Counted from the first letter of the stretch, positions 36,966 through 46,599 are shown. The stretch is 64,000 bases of DNA from Bacteroidota bacterium (GCA_947453415.1 CANGGG010000004.1:3542-67541); one strand, 5' to 3'. A program made the numbers and translations. The notes: a model not told the origin generated them from the letters alone.

Positions 36966-38546
36966 TTATTTGGCTATAATCATGGTTTTCATTAACTGTG
37001 AGGCACCTTGCTGAACTTGATAATAATAGGTACCATTTCGCAAACTGTCAGCTTGCATTATTACTTCGTGTGTGCCTTTTGAAAAATTATCTTCGGCAAT
37101 GGTTAAAACCTCACGTCCTATATTATCAAATAACCTTATTTTTACGTAACCACCACTGCAGGTAAATCGAATGGTGGTTTGGTCAATTACTGGATTTGGG
37201 AAGTTTTCTAAAACACCAATTTTTGCGCTTTCTATTTCAACTGTGTTGCTACTTCCATCTGCAATAATATTTAACAAAGGGAAAGTTTTATTTAAAAGCA
37301 AAGGACTTAATTCTGCATCGCTCACTTTAAACCAATATTTTAAAATACTGGCATAAACAGCGCGAAAATCTATTTGCATTGGAACATTGTCATTAACTGT
37401 TACTGAAGCGGGAATTATTGGATTGAAACCAGTAATTCCTGGCTTTACTTTTTTACCAAATATAAATAAAGGAGCCGCTGCACCATGGTCGGTTCCAAGG
37501 CTTGAATTTGATTTAATTCTGCGTCCAAATTCTGAAAATGTCATGCCTAATACGCGGTCTTCAACGGCTAATTTTTTCAAATCATCCTGAAAAGCATTCA
37601 CCGCTTGCGATATTTTTTGCATTAAATTAGCATGAGATCCAGTTTCGGTTAAAGTTGCATCAGTTTGCGCTGAATGGGTATCAAAACCTCCTAAGTTTAC
37701 CATATAAACTTGAGTTTTTAAACCTCCAGCTATTAATCGAGCTACAATTTTTAATTGATCAGCCAAACTATTTAACCCAGCAGTTGGATATAAAGTTGAA
37801 ACGTTTGTTGCTTTGTCGGCTGCAGCTTTAATGGTTCCGCTGTATTGTTGGGTTTGCTGAGCCACTAATCTTACATAAGTTAATTCATGTCCTGCTGGTG
37901 TGCTTGCTGCAGTATCAACAGTTCCTGTAATAAATTGATAAAACGATGTAGGATCGGTAATTGACATGCCTAAACTTACATTTTTACCTTGTATAACAGG
38001 AGAAATAGATGCACCAATTTGAATGGATGGCGGATCGGGAAAATTTACATTGGGATAATTTGTAGGGAAATTAGTAAATTTTGTATCCAAATATCGGCCT
38101 AACCAACCTGTTTCCTCTACCACATCACTTTCGCTTCCAGTGTTCCAAATATCTGTTGCTCTAAAATGTGAAAAATTAGGATTTGGATAACCCACACTTT
38201 GAACAATATTAACCATTCCGTTGTCATACAATCCTCTTACTTCGCTTAAGCTTGGGTGCAATCCTGTAACAGTATTTCCAGTTAAAGCCAACACTTTATT
38301 TTGTTGAATTAATATATTTTGACGCGCTAAAACCAATTTGCTATATTGATCAATTGGAATGACAGTATTTAAACCATCGTTTCCACCATTTAGTTGAATA
38401 AGCACCAAAACACGGTCTTCCACACCCGATTTACCTAAAAAATTTACAATTGGATTATCGGCTAATGCCTGAACTGGAAAGCCATTTATTAATATTGGCA
38501 AAGCACTTGCGGTGATTGCTTTTTGTATAAAATCTCTTCTTTTCAT
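36966..38546 (-). CDS. DUF1501 (alkaline-phosphatase/sulfatase-fold) protein with a twin-arginine signal and a type A T9SS C-terminal sorting domain
   Basis: MKRRDFIQKAITASALPIL..ALA (Tat-like). LNGGNDGLNT, GGFDTHS, SEFGRR and GTDHGAAAP core motifs. C-terminus ENFPNPVIDQTTIRF..GTYYYQVQQG..KTMIIAK. Confidence 0.8.
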   Translation of the reverse strand: MKRRDFIQKAITASALPILINGFPVQALADNPIVNFLGKSGVEDRVLVLIQLNGGNDGLNTVIPIDQYSKLVLARQNILIQQNKVLALTGNTVTGLHPSLSEVRGLYDNGMVNIVQSVGYPNPNFSHFRATDIWNTGSESDVVEETGWLGRYLDTKFTNFPTNYPNVNFPDPPSIQIGASISPVIQGKNVSLGMSITDPTSFYQFITGTVDTAASTPAGHELTYVRLVAQQTQQYSGTIKAAADKATNVSTLYPTAGLNSLADQLKIVARLIAGGLKTQVYMVNLGGFDTHSAQTDATLTETGSHANLMQKISQAVNAFQDDLKKLAVEDRVLGMTFSEFGRRIKSNSSLGTDHGAAAPLFIFGKKVKPGITGFNPIIPASVTVNDNVPMQIDFRAVYASILKYWFKVSDAELSPLLLNKTFPLLNIIADGSSNTVEIESAKIGVLENFPNPVIDQTTIRFTCSGGYVKIRLFDNIGREVLTIAEDNFSKGTHEVIMQADSLRNGTYYYQVQQGASQLMKTMIIAK

Positions 38547-38579
38547 AGTTTAATTATTTACTTGATTAAAAAAATAAAA

Positions 38580-40292
38580 TTAAGTTAATTGAAATTCGGC
38601 TAGGCCAAATAAATATTTAAACATTCCTTGTAATCGAGAATAAACAGCTTGCTTTTTAACGGTATCGGTTGGAGCTGCTTTGAATTGATTCCAAGCATCG
38701 CTCCAATAATAATCAGAAGCTTGGCCTGAAAGTAAAAAAGCGGTTTTTATTTGAGCTTTACTTGTGGCCGATAAGTCTATTGCATAAAGCAAACTGATAG
38801 CTTGACTTACCAATAAATTAGGATCTTCGGGCGATGTAAATAAGTCAACTAATGCTATAGGATCTAAAATAAGTTTAAAGCTTTGGCGATTAAAACCTGT
38901 ATAAACCATGGCATCGCAAAATTGGTTACGTTTGGGTAATGAATCGGAATTTATCCAAAGCTCATAATATTGTGGCGATTGATAATAAGCGGGCCAACCT
39001 GCTACATTAGGTGTATCGCCAATGTCTTGTCCTAATAATGAACAAGCTTGTTGAACATACACCCAATGTGTGTATTGTTGCAAAACAATAGCCGAAGTAG
39101 GAAATTGTAAATTAAATGTGCGAGCTATTCCTATTAAATGGTCGGTTGGTGGTTTTATTAAACAACCCACATTTAATGAATCGTAAAAATGTTCGCTTTT
39201 AAGTAATGTTTCAATTACAGTTTTTATATTGTAATTACTGTTTCTAAATACGGTGGCTAAGGGTAAAATTACATTGGTTTCAACCGATGAATCGATGTTA
39301 TAGTAAACAAAAAAGCGATAAATTTTTCGGCAAATATAATTGGCTACTTCGTTTTGAGCAAAAATCATGTTCATCAAATCATCCACTTCCGAAGCTCCAT
39401 TTGCACCCGTTTTACCGTTAATAACTGTGTTGTTATAAAACGATGAAAACTGTTTATTAGTAGTATCGTGTTTTGTGCTATCAAAGTAAGAAAAATTGGT
39501 TGTTCTATTTGTTCTCCAACCTGTCATTACTCTTGCCGCAGCTTTTACATCATCTTCGGTGTAGTGATTTGTTAAATCTTTTCCAACAGTAAAAAGCTCT
39601 TGTAGTTCTCTTCCAAAATTTTCGTCTGGGGCGGTATTGGTGTTTTTTTCTCCGTTTAAATATACCAACATGCCACAATCGGTAGCCAATAAACGTGTTA
39701 AAGTTTTATAGTTGCCAAGGCAATTTTGGCGCAGCACTTTATGGTGATCGTAACAGAAACGAGCCGATTGTATAACATTGGTTTCAGTAGCAAAAAGATT
39801 GTGCCAAAACAAAATCATTTTTTCATTGATAGTTCTATCTTGATTGATCATTAAACTAGTCCACCAAGCTTTAAATGATTGCCTGCGTGCACCACTTAAA
39901 TTAGGATTTTCGGCTGCATTTACCCATGTTTGACCAAGAGGAACTTCCGCATCACTTAGGTTTGCAGTGCCACTGTAATGATTCAATGGTGGTGAGGGAT
40001 AAGTAGTTGAAATATTTAAAAGTGAATCAACGGATTGTACCATTGTTTTACTTTTAAAAAAATCAATATCGGCTTTTGTAACCCCAAATAAAGTTCTTCG
40101 GCACAAATGTTTTATTTGTTCCTCGCCCCAAGTTCCAGTGTATTCGCTTATACCAGTGCTAGTTTTTCGCAAATCATTTGGTAATTCTTTGTTTGCAGGA
40201 TCTTTGAACGGATAAACAGGTAATTGCTTATCATCAAGTGCGTCTAACGCTACATTTTGAAAAAATTGTTTGCGGTTAATTTGTGCCATCAA
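38580..40292 (-). CDS. DUF1800 family protein
   Basis: 570 aa. WHNLFAT, GNY, LLATDCGMLVYLNG..N, ENFGRELQELFTVG and WPAYYQ motifs typical of DUF1800. Lies 33 nt upstream of the DUF1501 gene. Confidence 0.7.
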   Translation of the reverse strand: MMAQINRKQFFQNVALDALDDKQLPVYPFKDPANKELPNDLRKTSTGISEYTGTWGEEQIKHLCRRTLFGVTKADIDFFKSKTMVQSVDSLLNISTTYPSPPLNHYSGTANLSDAEVPLGQTWVNAAENPNLSGARRQSFKAWWTSLMINQDRTINEKMILFWHNLFATETNVIQSARFCYDHHKVLRQNCLGNYKTLTRLLATDCGMLVYLNGEKNTNTAPDENFGRELQELFTVGKDLTNHYTEDDVKAAARVMTGWRTNRTTNFSYFDSTKHDTTNKQFSSFYNNTVINGKTGANGASEVDDLMNMIFAQNEVANYICRKIYRFFVYYNIDSSVETNVILPLATVFRNSNYNIKTVIETLLKSEHFYDSLNVGCLIKPPTDHLIGIARTFNLQFPTSAIVLQQYTHWVYVQQACSLLGQDIGDTPNVAGWPAYYQSPQYYELWINSDSLPKRNQFCDAMVYTGFNRQSFKLILDPIALVDLFTSPEDPNLLVSQAISLLYAIDLSATSKAQIKTAFLLSGQASDYYWSDAWNQFKAAPTDTVKKQAVYSRLQGMFKYLFGLAEFQLT

Positions 40293-40304
40293 CTAAATTG
40301 TTTT

Positions 40305-40348
40305 TAAAAAAAAGAGTTGTCAAAAGTTTATATTTTTTTAACAACTCT
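40305..40348 (-). terminator. Terminator-like hairpin after the He_PIG/T9SS gene
   Basis: Minus strand reads agagttgt ..20-nt loop.. acaactct followed by tttttttt. Confidence 0.55.
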
Positions 40349-40387
40349 ATGCTCCGATTGAATAATAATGAAATGGTTTAATAATTT

Positions 40388-41143
40388 TTATTCCACTACT
40401 ATTTTTTCGTGAAATTGATTGTTTTCATTTTCAATTTGTAACAGGTAAATGCCTTTAGCAATCCCATCTAATTGAATATTTTGTTGGTTTAAACCAACAT
40501 TTAAGTTTACTAATTGCATAGCAACCAAAGCGCCTTGAATATTATATACTTTAACGGTACAATTGCTTGAATTTTTATTCCAAACCGATAAATTAAATTG
40601 GTTATTTACAATTGGATTAGGGAAAACTTGGTAATTAAAGTTTTCATTTTGATTGGCGTTTTTAATAGAAACTGGACTGTTTACCGTTAATGAATAAGCG
40701 GTCAATGTATCGTAAACTGTTTGTGAGCCTAAAATACCAATTGAAACTTTAATTTTTAAAACTATTTCTAAAGGAAAAACACCTTTTTGAGTTGGAGTTC
40801 CTTTTATATCAGCACAGCCATTTCCACCACCAGGAATGGTACAATTAGCAGTATTACATTGGAAACTCATCCCATTAGGAATCCCATTTACTTGAACTAT
40901 TGTAAATGAATCAACATTAGCCTTTGTGGTTCCAAATATTGGTATCGTAACCATTGTATCTTTGGTTACATGAAACTGTAAAATTTCAGCATATGATTGT
41001 CCAACTCGAGCATCTGGTAATGTAGCAGGATAGACTCCAGTATTTACTAACAATGTGTCAGGAGTGCATTGTGCATTTGCAAAAGAATTAATAAGGAATA
41101 TGCTAATGCAAGTAGCAATAATTTTGTAGTATTTTTGTTTCAT
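40388..41143 (-). CDS. Secreted Ig-like (He_PIG-type) protein with a type A T9SS C-terminal sorting domain
   Basis: Signal peptide. LPDARVGQSYAEILQF and GIPNGMSF..IKGTPTQKGVFPLEIV (putative Ig motifs). C-terminus YQVFPNPIVNNQFNL..GIYLLQIENENNQFHEKIVVE. Start moved to ATG 41143. Confidence 0.75.
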   Translation of the reverse strand: MKQKYYKIIATCISIFLINSFANAQCTPDTLLVNTGVYPATLPDARVGQSYAEILQFHVTKDTMVTIPIFGTTKANVDSFTIVQVNGIPNGMSFQCNTANCTIPGGGNGCADIKGTPTQKGVFPLEIVLKIKVSIGILGSQTVYDTLTAYSLTVNSPVSIKNANQNENFNYQVFPNPIVNNQFNLSVWNKNSSNCTVKVYNIQGALVAMQLVNLNVGLNQQNIQLDGIAKGIYLLQIENENNQFHEKIVVE

Positions 41144-41173
41144 ATTTTTCGAATATTTTGTGAGTTTAAAATC

Positions 41174-41181
41174 CAAATATA
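41174..41181 (-). promoter_or_regulatory. Candidate -7 box (TATATTTG on the minus strand)
   Basis: Exact TAnnTTTG, 30 nt upstream of ATG 41143. It lies inside the longer ORF-track version, which supports the shorter start. Confidence 0.4.
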
Positions 41182-41312
41182 TTAATTTACAGATATGATT
41201 TACAAAAGGATATGAAAATTATTATAAAACGATCAAATTTTTACAATAAAAAAATTAAAAACGCATTTAAATAATTGACTAATTCCAATTAAGAATTACT
41301 TTATTTGTAAGC

Positions 41313-41780
41313 ATGCAATCTGTATTATTTGTTTGTTTAGGAAATATTTGTCGTTCACCATTGGCCGAAGCACTTTTTTTAAAACATGTAAATGAACAAA
41401 ATTTAGCGTATAAATTTAGCGCTGATTCTGCTGGAACTGCTGCTTATCATTTGGGAGAACTTGCCGATAAAAGAACTCGAGCAATGGCTTTAAAGTTGAG
41501 TAATTTGAATCTTACTCACAAAGCCAGGCAATTTAAAACCAACGATTTTTTAACTTTTAATTTTATAGTTGCCATGGATAAAACCAACTTCCAAAACATC
41601 ATGAAATTAAAACCCGAAAATGCCAAGGCAAAAGTGCTTTTAATGAGGCATTACGATAGTATGATTCAAAATGAAGATGCCATTCCTGATCCTTATTATG
41701 GAAATGAGAATGACTTTGAAAAAGTACATCATATGTTGAATGATTGCACCAAAAACTTTCTGAAGGAATTAATAGGATAA
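41313..41780 (+). CDS. Low-molecular-weight protein-tyrosine phosphatase
   Basis: Active-site loop VLFVCLGNICRSPLAEA and the DPYYG motif. Confidence 0.92.
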   Translation: MQSVLFVCLGNICRSPLAEALFLKHVNEQNLAYKFSADSAGTAAYHLGELADKRTRAMALKLSNLNLTHKARQFKTNDFLTFNFIVAMDKTNFQNIMKLKPENAKAKVLLMRHYDSMIQNEDAIPDPYYGNENDFEKVHHMLNDCTKNFLKELIG

Positions 41781-41786
41781 TATTAT

Positions 41787-43583
41787 TTAGTCAGCAAAAT
41801 AATCTTTCACCAATTTTGCTTTTGCTATGCCAATTATATCAATGAGTAAATCCATGTTTGCTTCTTGAATTTTCTTTACTGATTTCAATTCTTTTAGTAA
41901 CATTTTAGCAGTTTCAGGTCCAATGCCTTTGATGTTTTCTAGTTCAGTTATAAACGTGTTTTTACTACGCCTGTTTCTGTGGTTTGTAATGCCAAAGCGG
42001 TGTGCTTCATCGCGCAGTTGTTGAATGATTTTTAAAGTCTCCGATTTTTTATCAATATACAAAGGAAATTCATCGTTTGGATAATACAGTTCTTCTAATC
42101 GTTTGGCAATGCCAATAACAGGAATTTTCCCATATAAATTAAGTTTGCGCAAGCTCGCTATTGCAGAACTTAATTGGCCTTTTCCGCCATCTATAATAAT
42201 TAAATTTGGCAATGGTTCGTTTTCGTCCAATAAGCGCTTGTAACGCCTAAAAATAACTTCTTCCATGGTGGCAAAATCATTTGGACCTTCCACTGTTTTT
42301 ACATTAAAAATCCGGTAATCTTTTTTACTCGGTTTTGCATCTTTAAAAACCACACATGCAGATACTGGATTAGTTCCGTTTAAGTTTGAATTATCAAAAC
42401 ATTCAATATGATGCGGAAGTTCTGTTAAACGCAAATCATTTTTCATTTGCGTTAGCACTCTATCCACTTTTAGCTCAGGATTCACCGCTTCGTATTTGGC
42501 TAATTTATCTTTCTTGTAATACAAGGCATTTTTCAAAGAAAGGTCTAATAATTTCTTTCTATCACCCAGTTTTGGAACAGTAATGGTAATGCGTTCATCG
42601 CTCCAATCTAACTCAAATGGAACAATAATTTCCTTGCTGGTACTGTGGTATTCATCACGCACTTCCGCAATGGCCAAACTCAGTAATTCAGCATCTAATT
42701 CGTCCATTTTTTTCTTTACTTCAAAAGTTTGCGTTTGAATAATAATGCCATTCGAAACTTTTAAATAATTGATAAAAGCAAAACGTTCATCACTTACAAT
42801 GCTAAAAATATCTACATCGTTTAAAATGCCACTTACAATGGTCGATTTACTTTGGTAATTTTCCAAGGAATCTAACTTGCGTTTATACCTTGCAGCTTCT
42901 TCAAATTTTAAATCGTTAGCGGCTAAATGCATGTAGTTTTTCAAAACAGTTTTTACCTCACCAATATTTCCTCGTAAAATACTTTTGATATGTTTAATAT
43001 TTTGATGGTATTCATCTTCACTTACTAAACCCACGCATGGTGCTTTGCAATTGCCAATATCATATTCCAAGCATGTTTTAAATTTATGCGCACTGATATT
43101 TTTTTCGCTTAATTGAAAGTTACAATTCCTTAATGGATAAATGCTTTTGATGAAATCCAAAATGGTGTACATCATGTTGCCAGATGCATATGGACCAAAA
43201 TATTCGCTACCATCTTTTATATGTAATCGGGTAGAAAATATTCGTGGAAATCGTTCGTTTTTGATACAAATAAAAGGGTAAGTTTTATCGTCTCTTAAAT
43301 TGATATTATACTTTGGTAAAAACTTTTTTATCAAAGAATTTTCTAATAACAAAGCATCAATTTCTGTTTCAACTAAAGTAAATTGAAGGTCTACAATTCG
43401 GCTCACCATGATAGCCGTTTTTCGGTTTTCGTGTTGATTTTTATTAAAATAACTGTTTACCCTTTTCTTTAAACTTTTGGCTTTGCCAATGTAAATTAAG
43501 GTTCCATCTTTATCAAAGTACTTATAAATACCAGGAGAGTCGGGTAATGAAGAAATGATGGCTTTTAAGTGTGGCGTGTGCAT
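41787..43583 (-). CDS. uvrC: Excinuclease ABC subunit C
   Basis: GIY-YIG (PGIYKYFDKDGTLIYIGKAKSLKKRV), a UVR domain, and C-terminal RNase H-like and HhH domains. Confidence 0.95.
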   Translation of the reverse strand: MHTPHLKAIISSLPDSPGIYKYFDKDGTLIYIGKAKSLKKRVNSYFNKNQHENRKTAIMVSRIVDLQFTLVETEIDALLLENSLIKKFLPKYNINLRDDKTYPFICIKNERFPRIFSTRLHIKDGSEYFGPYASGNMMYTILDFIKSIYPLRNCNFQLSEKNISAHKFKTCLEYDIGNCKAPCVGLVSEDEYHQNIKHIKSILRGNIGEVKTVLKNYMHLAANDLKFEEAARYKRKLDSLENYQSKSTIVSGILNDVDIFSIVSDERFAFINYLKVSNGIIIQTQTFEVKKKMDELDAELLSLAIAEVRDEYHSTSKEIIVPFELDWSDERITITVPKLGDRKKLLDLSLKNALYYKKDKLAKYEAVNPELKVDRVLTQMKNDLRLTELPHHIECFDNSNLNGTNPVSACVVFKDAKPSKKDYRIFNVKTVEGPNDFATMEEVIFRRYKRLLDENEPLPNLIIIDGGKGQLSSAIASLRKLNLYGKIPVIGIAKRLEELYYPNDEFPLYIDKKSETLKIIQQLRDEAHRFGITNHRNRRSKNTFITELENIKGIGPETAKMLLKELKSVKKIQEANMDLLIDIIGIAKAKLVKDYFAD

Positions 43584-43590
43584 TGAGTGG

Positions 43591-43598
43591 CAAAGGTA
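43591..43598 (-). promoter_or_regulatory. Candidate -7 box (TACCTTTG on the minus strand) abutting the uvrC start
   Basis: Exact TAnnTTTG, ending 7 nt upstream of ATG 43583 and just downstream of the TonB-gene terminator. Confidence 0.4.
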
Positions 43599-43612
43599 AA
43601 TTATTTAGTTGC

Positions 43613-43642
43613 AAAAAAAGCCTTGAATTTCTTCAAGGCTTT
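43613..43642 (-). terminator. Rho-independent terminator of the TonB-like gene
   Basis: Minus strand reads aaagccttgaa gaaa ttcaaggcttt followed by ttttttt. Confidence 0.8.
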
Positions 43643-43667
43643 TAGGCAAAACATCAAAACACATCAA

Positions 43668-44450
43668 CTAATTATTTACTTCAAACATTATTGGCAAAAC
43701 CAATTTCACGGCTACTTTTCTATTATTTTGTTCTCCAGCTTTCCATTTTGGCATTTCTTTTATTACCCTCATTGCTTCTTCATCGCAGCCAAATCCTACT
43801 TTCCCCAAAACTTCTACGTCACTCACTTCTCCATTTTTATTTATAATAAATGATAAAGTTACTTTTCCTTGAACGCCATTTTCCAAAGCATTTTTTGGGT
43901 ATTTTATTTCTTTGGCCAAATAGTCGTATAAATCGCCATTAAATTCGGGCATTTGCTCTATTGTAGTTCCATCAAATACTTCACCGGTTTCTCCACTTGG
44001 AATTGTACCTGTTCCTATTGGATTAAAAGCAGGATTTTTTGGACCAATTGGTAAATCTAAATCAGTTGTTCTTGCAACAGAATCAAATGAAATTGGTTTA
44101 GTATCTTGGTTTCTTTTCACTTCATAATTGTTGTTATTTCCTGCAGGTTTTGTATGGGCTTTTTCTATTTCTTTAATCAATTCTTTGGGAGGCAAAATGT
44201 ATTCTACAATTGTTATTGAATCGCTAATAGGAGGCTCCACCAAAGGATTTTTTGCCAATACATCTCCATGTAATTTATTGTAAATTATAGAAGTTAAAAT
44301 AATTGCCATAGGCACCAAAAAAGTAATCAAAAAACTGCGGATTAAATTTTTGTTGTAATCGCTGCGCAATACGTAAGCGCCATATGCTTTGTTTCTGTTT
44401 TCAAACACTAACTCATCCAAGTTATTGTGCTTTGTTTTTAAAATTTTCAT
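43668..44450 (-). CDS. Energy transducer TonB family protein
   Basis: N-terminal TM anchor, a Pro-containing linker, and the TonB_C motif GVQGKVTLSFIINKNGEVSDVEVL. Start moved to ATG 44450 (MKILKTK). Confidence 0.8.
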   Translation of the reverse strand: MKILKTKHNNLDELVFENRNKAYGAYVLRSDYNKNLIRSFLITFLVPMAIILTSIIYNKLHGDVLAKNPLVEPPISDSITIVEYILPPKELIKEIEKAHTKPAGNNNNYEVKRNQDTKPISFDSVARTTDLDLPIGPKNPAFNPIGTGTIPSGETGEVFDGTTIEQMPEFNGDLYDYLAKEIKYPKNALENGVQGKVTLSFIINKNGEVSDVEVLGKVGFGCDEEAMRVIKEMPKWKAGEQNNRKVAVKLVLPIMFEVNN

Positions 44451-44503
44451 GATAGTTTTTGGTTTAGATTTATTAGTAAGACACCAATAAAACGTGAACT
44501 GCA

Positions 44504-44511
44504 CAAAACTA
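44504..44511 (-). promoter_or_regulatory. Candidate -7 box (TAGTTTTG on the minus strand)
   Basis: Exact TAnnTTTG, 54 nt upstream of ATG 44450. Confidence 0.35.
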
Positions 44512-44560
44512 TTTTGGTAATGACAGAAATTTTACAAAAAAGGAAAATATTTTTTTATTT

Positions 44561-45793
44561 TTATTCAGCTCTTAATGCTTCAATAGGCTGAATTTTGGCT
44601 GCTTTTCTTGCGGGAAAGAATCCGGCTAAAAGTCCAGCAAATATTAATGCTGCCAATGCTTGTAACACCACGCTGAATTCAACATCTGGTTTTCTAAAAT
44701 ATTCGCTATCGGGAATGTATTTTTGTGCTAAAGCCAATAAACCAATTCCGAGCATCATGCCAATATAACCAGAAAGGGCGGTTATAAAAATGCTTTCTTG
44801 AATAATTAATGAAACAATACTAAATGGCGTTGCACCTAATGCTTTTCTAATTCCAATTTCTTTGGTGCGTTCTTTCACTACAATCATCATAATATTACTC
44901 ACACCAACAATTCCGGCTATTAAAGTACCAATTCCTATGATCCATACAAAAATGCGAATGCCATTGATTAAACCCATGATTCTTTTAAATTCAATCACGT
45001 TATTCCAAACAAAAACTGCTTTTTTATCAGCTGGGTCAAAATGATGTTTTTGTGCTAAAAGCGTATAAACTTCGTCTCTTATTATTTCACTTTTCTCCAT
45101 ATCCGATTCGGGTAAAGTAAAAATTATTTGGTCTAGTTTATTATCATTTCCAAACACCCTTTGCGATGTGCTAATAGGAATATATGCCCTTCTGTTATCG
45201 TCTGGTCCGCCTGCATCTTTAAAAATACCAACTACTTTAAACGGAATTCCGTTGATGTTGATGAGTTGATCAATTGGATCTTCGTCTTTAAAAAGTTCTT
45301 CCACTATTTGTTGTCCAATGGAACAAATTTTCCTACATTCTTTAATGTCTAAATCGTTAATAAATCGCCCTTTTGTAATGACAATTTTTTCTGCAAAAAT
45401 CATATCATAGTTACAGCCTTTGGTGCTAAAACTTCCGTATCGGTTTTTATAATTATATTGGTTTACCTCCCAAAGTTGTAAGCGTGGCGAAAGGTGCTCA
45501 ATGGTTTTTACACTTTTACCAATAGCTTCATAATCTTGATTGGTAAGTTTAATATCGCGGCCAGGTTGAATGCCATCGTAAGCCACAGAAGTACGGCCGT
45601 TATTGAACCAAACGCTATTTACAGCATCGTGCGAGAATTGAAATTTAACGCCATTTCCCAATCCATTTCCTGTTCCTAATAAAACAATGAGCATAAAAAT
45701 TCCCCAAGCCACACTAAAACCAGTTAGGAAAGTGCGGAGTCTATTCTTCCGAATAGATGCAAATATTTCTTGCCATTTATCTATATCAAACAT
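44561..45793 (-). CDS. ABC transporter permease (MacB/FtsX family)
   Basis: N-terminal TM, a large periplasmic MacB_PCD-like domain, and a C-terminal FtsX region with ERTKEIGIRKALGA. Confidence 0.85.
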   Translation of the reverse strand: MFDIDKWQEIFASIRKNRLRTFLTGFSVAWGIFMLIVLLGTGNGLGNGVKFQFSHDAVNSVWFNNGRTSVAYDGIQPGRDIKLTNQDYEAIGKSVKTIEHLSPRLQLWEVNQYNYKNRYGSFSTKGCNYDMIFAEKIVITKGRFINDLDIKECRKICSIGQQIVEELFKDEDPIDQLININGIPFKVVGIFKDAGGPDDNRRAYIPISTSQRVFGNDNKLDQIIFTLPESDMEKSEIIRDEVYTLLAQKHHFDPADKKAVFVWNNVIEFKRIMGLINGIRIFVWIIGIGTLIAGIVGVSNIMMIVVKERTKEIGIRKALGATPFSIVSLIIQESIFITALSGYIGMMLGIGLLALAQKYIPDSEYFRKPDVEFSVVLQALAALIFAGLLAGFFPARKAAKIQPIEALRAE

Positions 45794-45869
45794 GTTTTTA
45801 AAATATAAAATTCGAAATACTAAATTCGAAAAGGATTTTGTTTATTTTTTAGAATTTAATTATTCGAAT

Positions 45870-46529
45870 TTATAATATTACTCCATCCTTCAACCGAATC
45901 GTTCTATCCGTCATTTCGGCTATATCGTGTTCGTGTGTAACAATTACTACAGTAATTCCACTTTTATTGATGTCTTTTAAAAGACTCATTACTTCATAAC
46001 TTGTTTGTGTATCGAGCGCACCAGTTGGTTCATCGGCCAATATCATTTTGGGTTTTGCAATTAATGCCCTAGCAATGGCAACGCGTTGTTTTTGTCCGCC
46101 ACTCATTTCATTAGGCATGTGGTAAGCCCATTCTTTTAAGCCTACTTTTTCCAAATATTCTAAAGCAATGGCATTTCGTTTTTTGCTACTAATATTTTGA
46201 TAATACAGCGGCAAAGCCACATTTTCCATTGCATTTTTAAACGAAATCAAATTGAAAGATTGAAACACAAAACCAATGTATTGATTGCGTAATTTGGCTG
46301 CTTTTGTTTCGTTCAAATGTTGAATTAAAGCTCCGCCTAATAGGTATTCACCCGCATCGTAATTATCTAATATTCCTAAAATATTTAAAAGGGTAGACTT
46401 TCCACTTCCCGAAGAACCCATGATAGAAACCATTTCGCCTTCATTTACCTTCATGTCAATACCTTTTAACACCATCATTTTATTATCGCCAATGGTGTAC
46501 GATTTTTGTATATTTTTTAGTTCAATCAT
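45870..46529 (-). CDS. ABC transporter ATP-binding protein (MacB/LolD type)
   Basis: Walker A GSSGSGKSTLLN, signature MSGGQKQRVAIARAL and Walker B ILADEPTGALD. Confidence 0.9.
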   Translation of the reverse strand: MIELKNIQKSYTIGDNKMMVLKGIDMKVNEGEMVSIMGSSGSGKSTLLNILGILDNYDAGEYLLGGALIQHLNETKAAKLRNQYIGFVFQSFNLISFKNAMENVALPLYYQNISSKKRNAIALEYLEKVGLKEWAYHMPNEMSGGQKQRVAIARALIAKPKMILADEPTGALDTQTSYEVMSLLKDINKSGITVVIVTHEHDIAEMTDRTIRLKDGVIL

Positions 46530-46540
46530 TTTGTAATTGC

Positions 46541-46548
46541 CAAATATA
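46541..46548 (-). promoter_or_regulatory. Candidate -7 box (TATATTTG on the minus strand)
   Basis: Exact TAnnTTTG, ending 11 nt upstream of ATG 46529. Confidence 0.4.
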
Positions 46549-46599
46549 ATTTTTAGCCATTGATAGTTTTATATGTTTACATAAACGGACGATATAAAC

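Noticed and set aside
43587-43853. ORF 43587..43853 (+)
   Set aside because: It spans the uvrC promoter region, the TonB-gene terminator and the 3' end of the TonB-like gene on the opposite strand. The translation is aromatic-rich and low-complexity.
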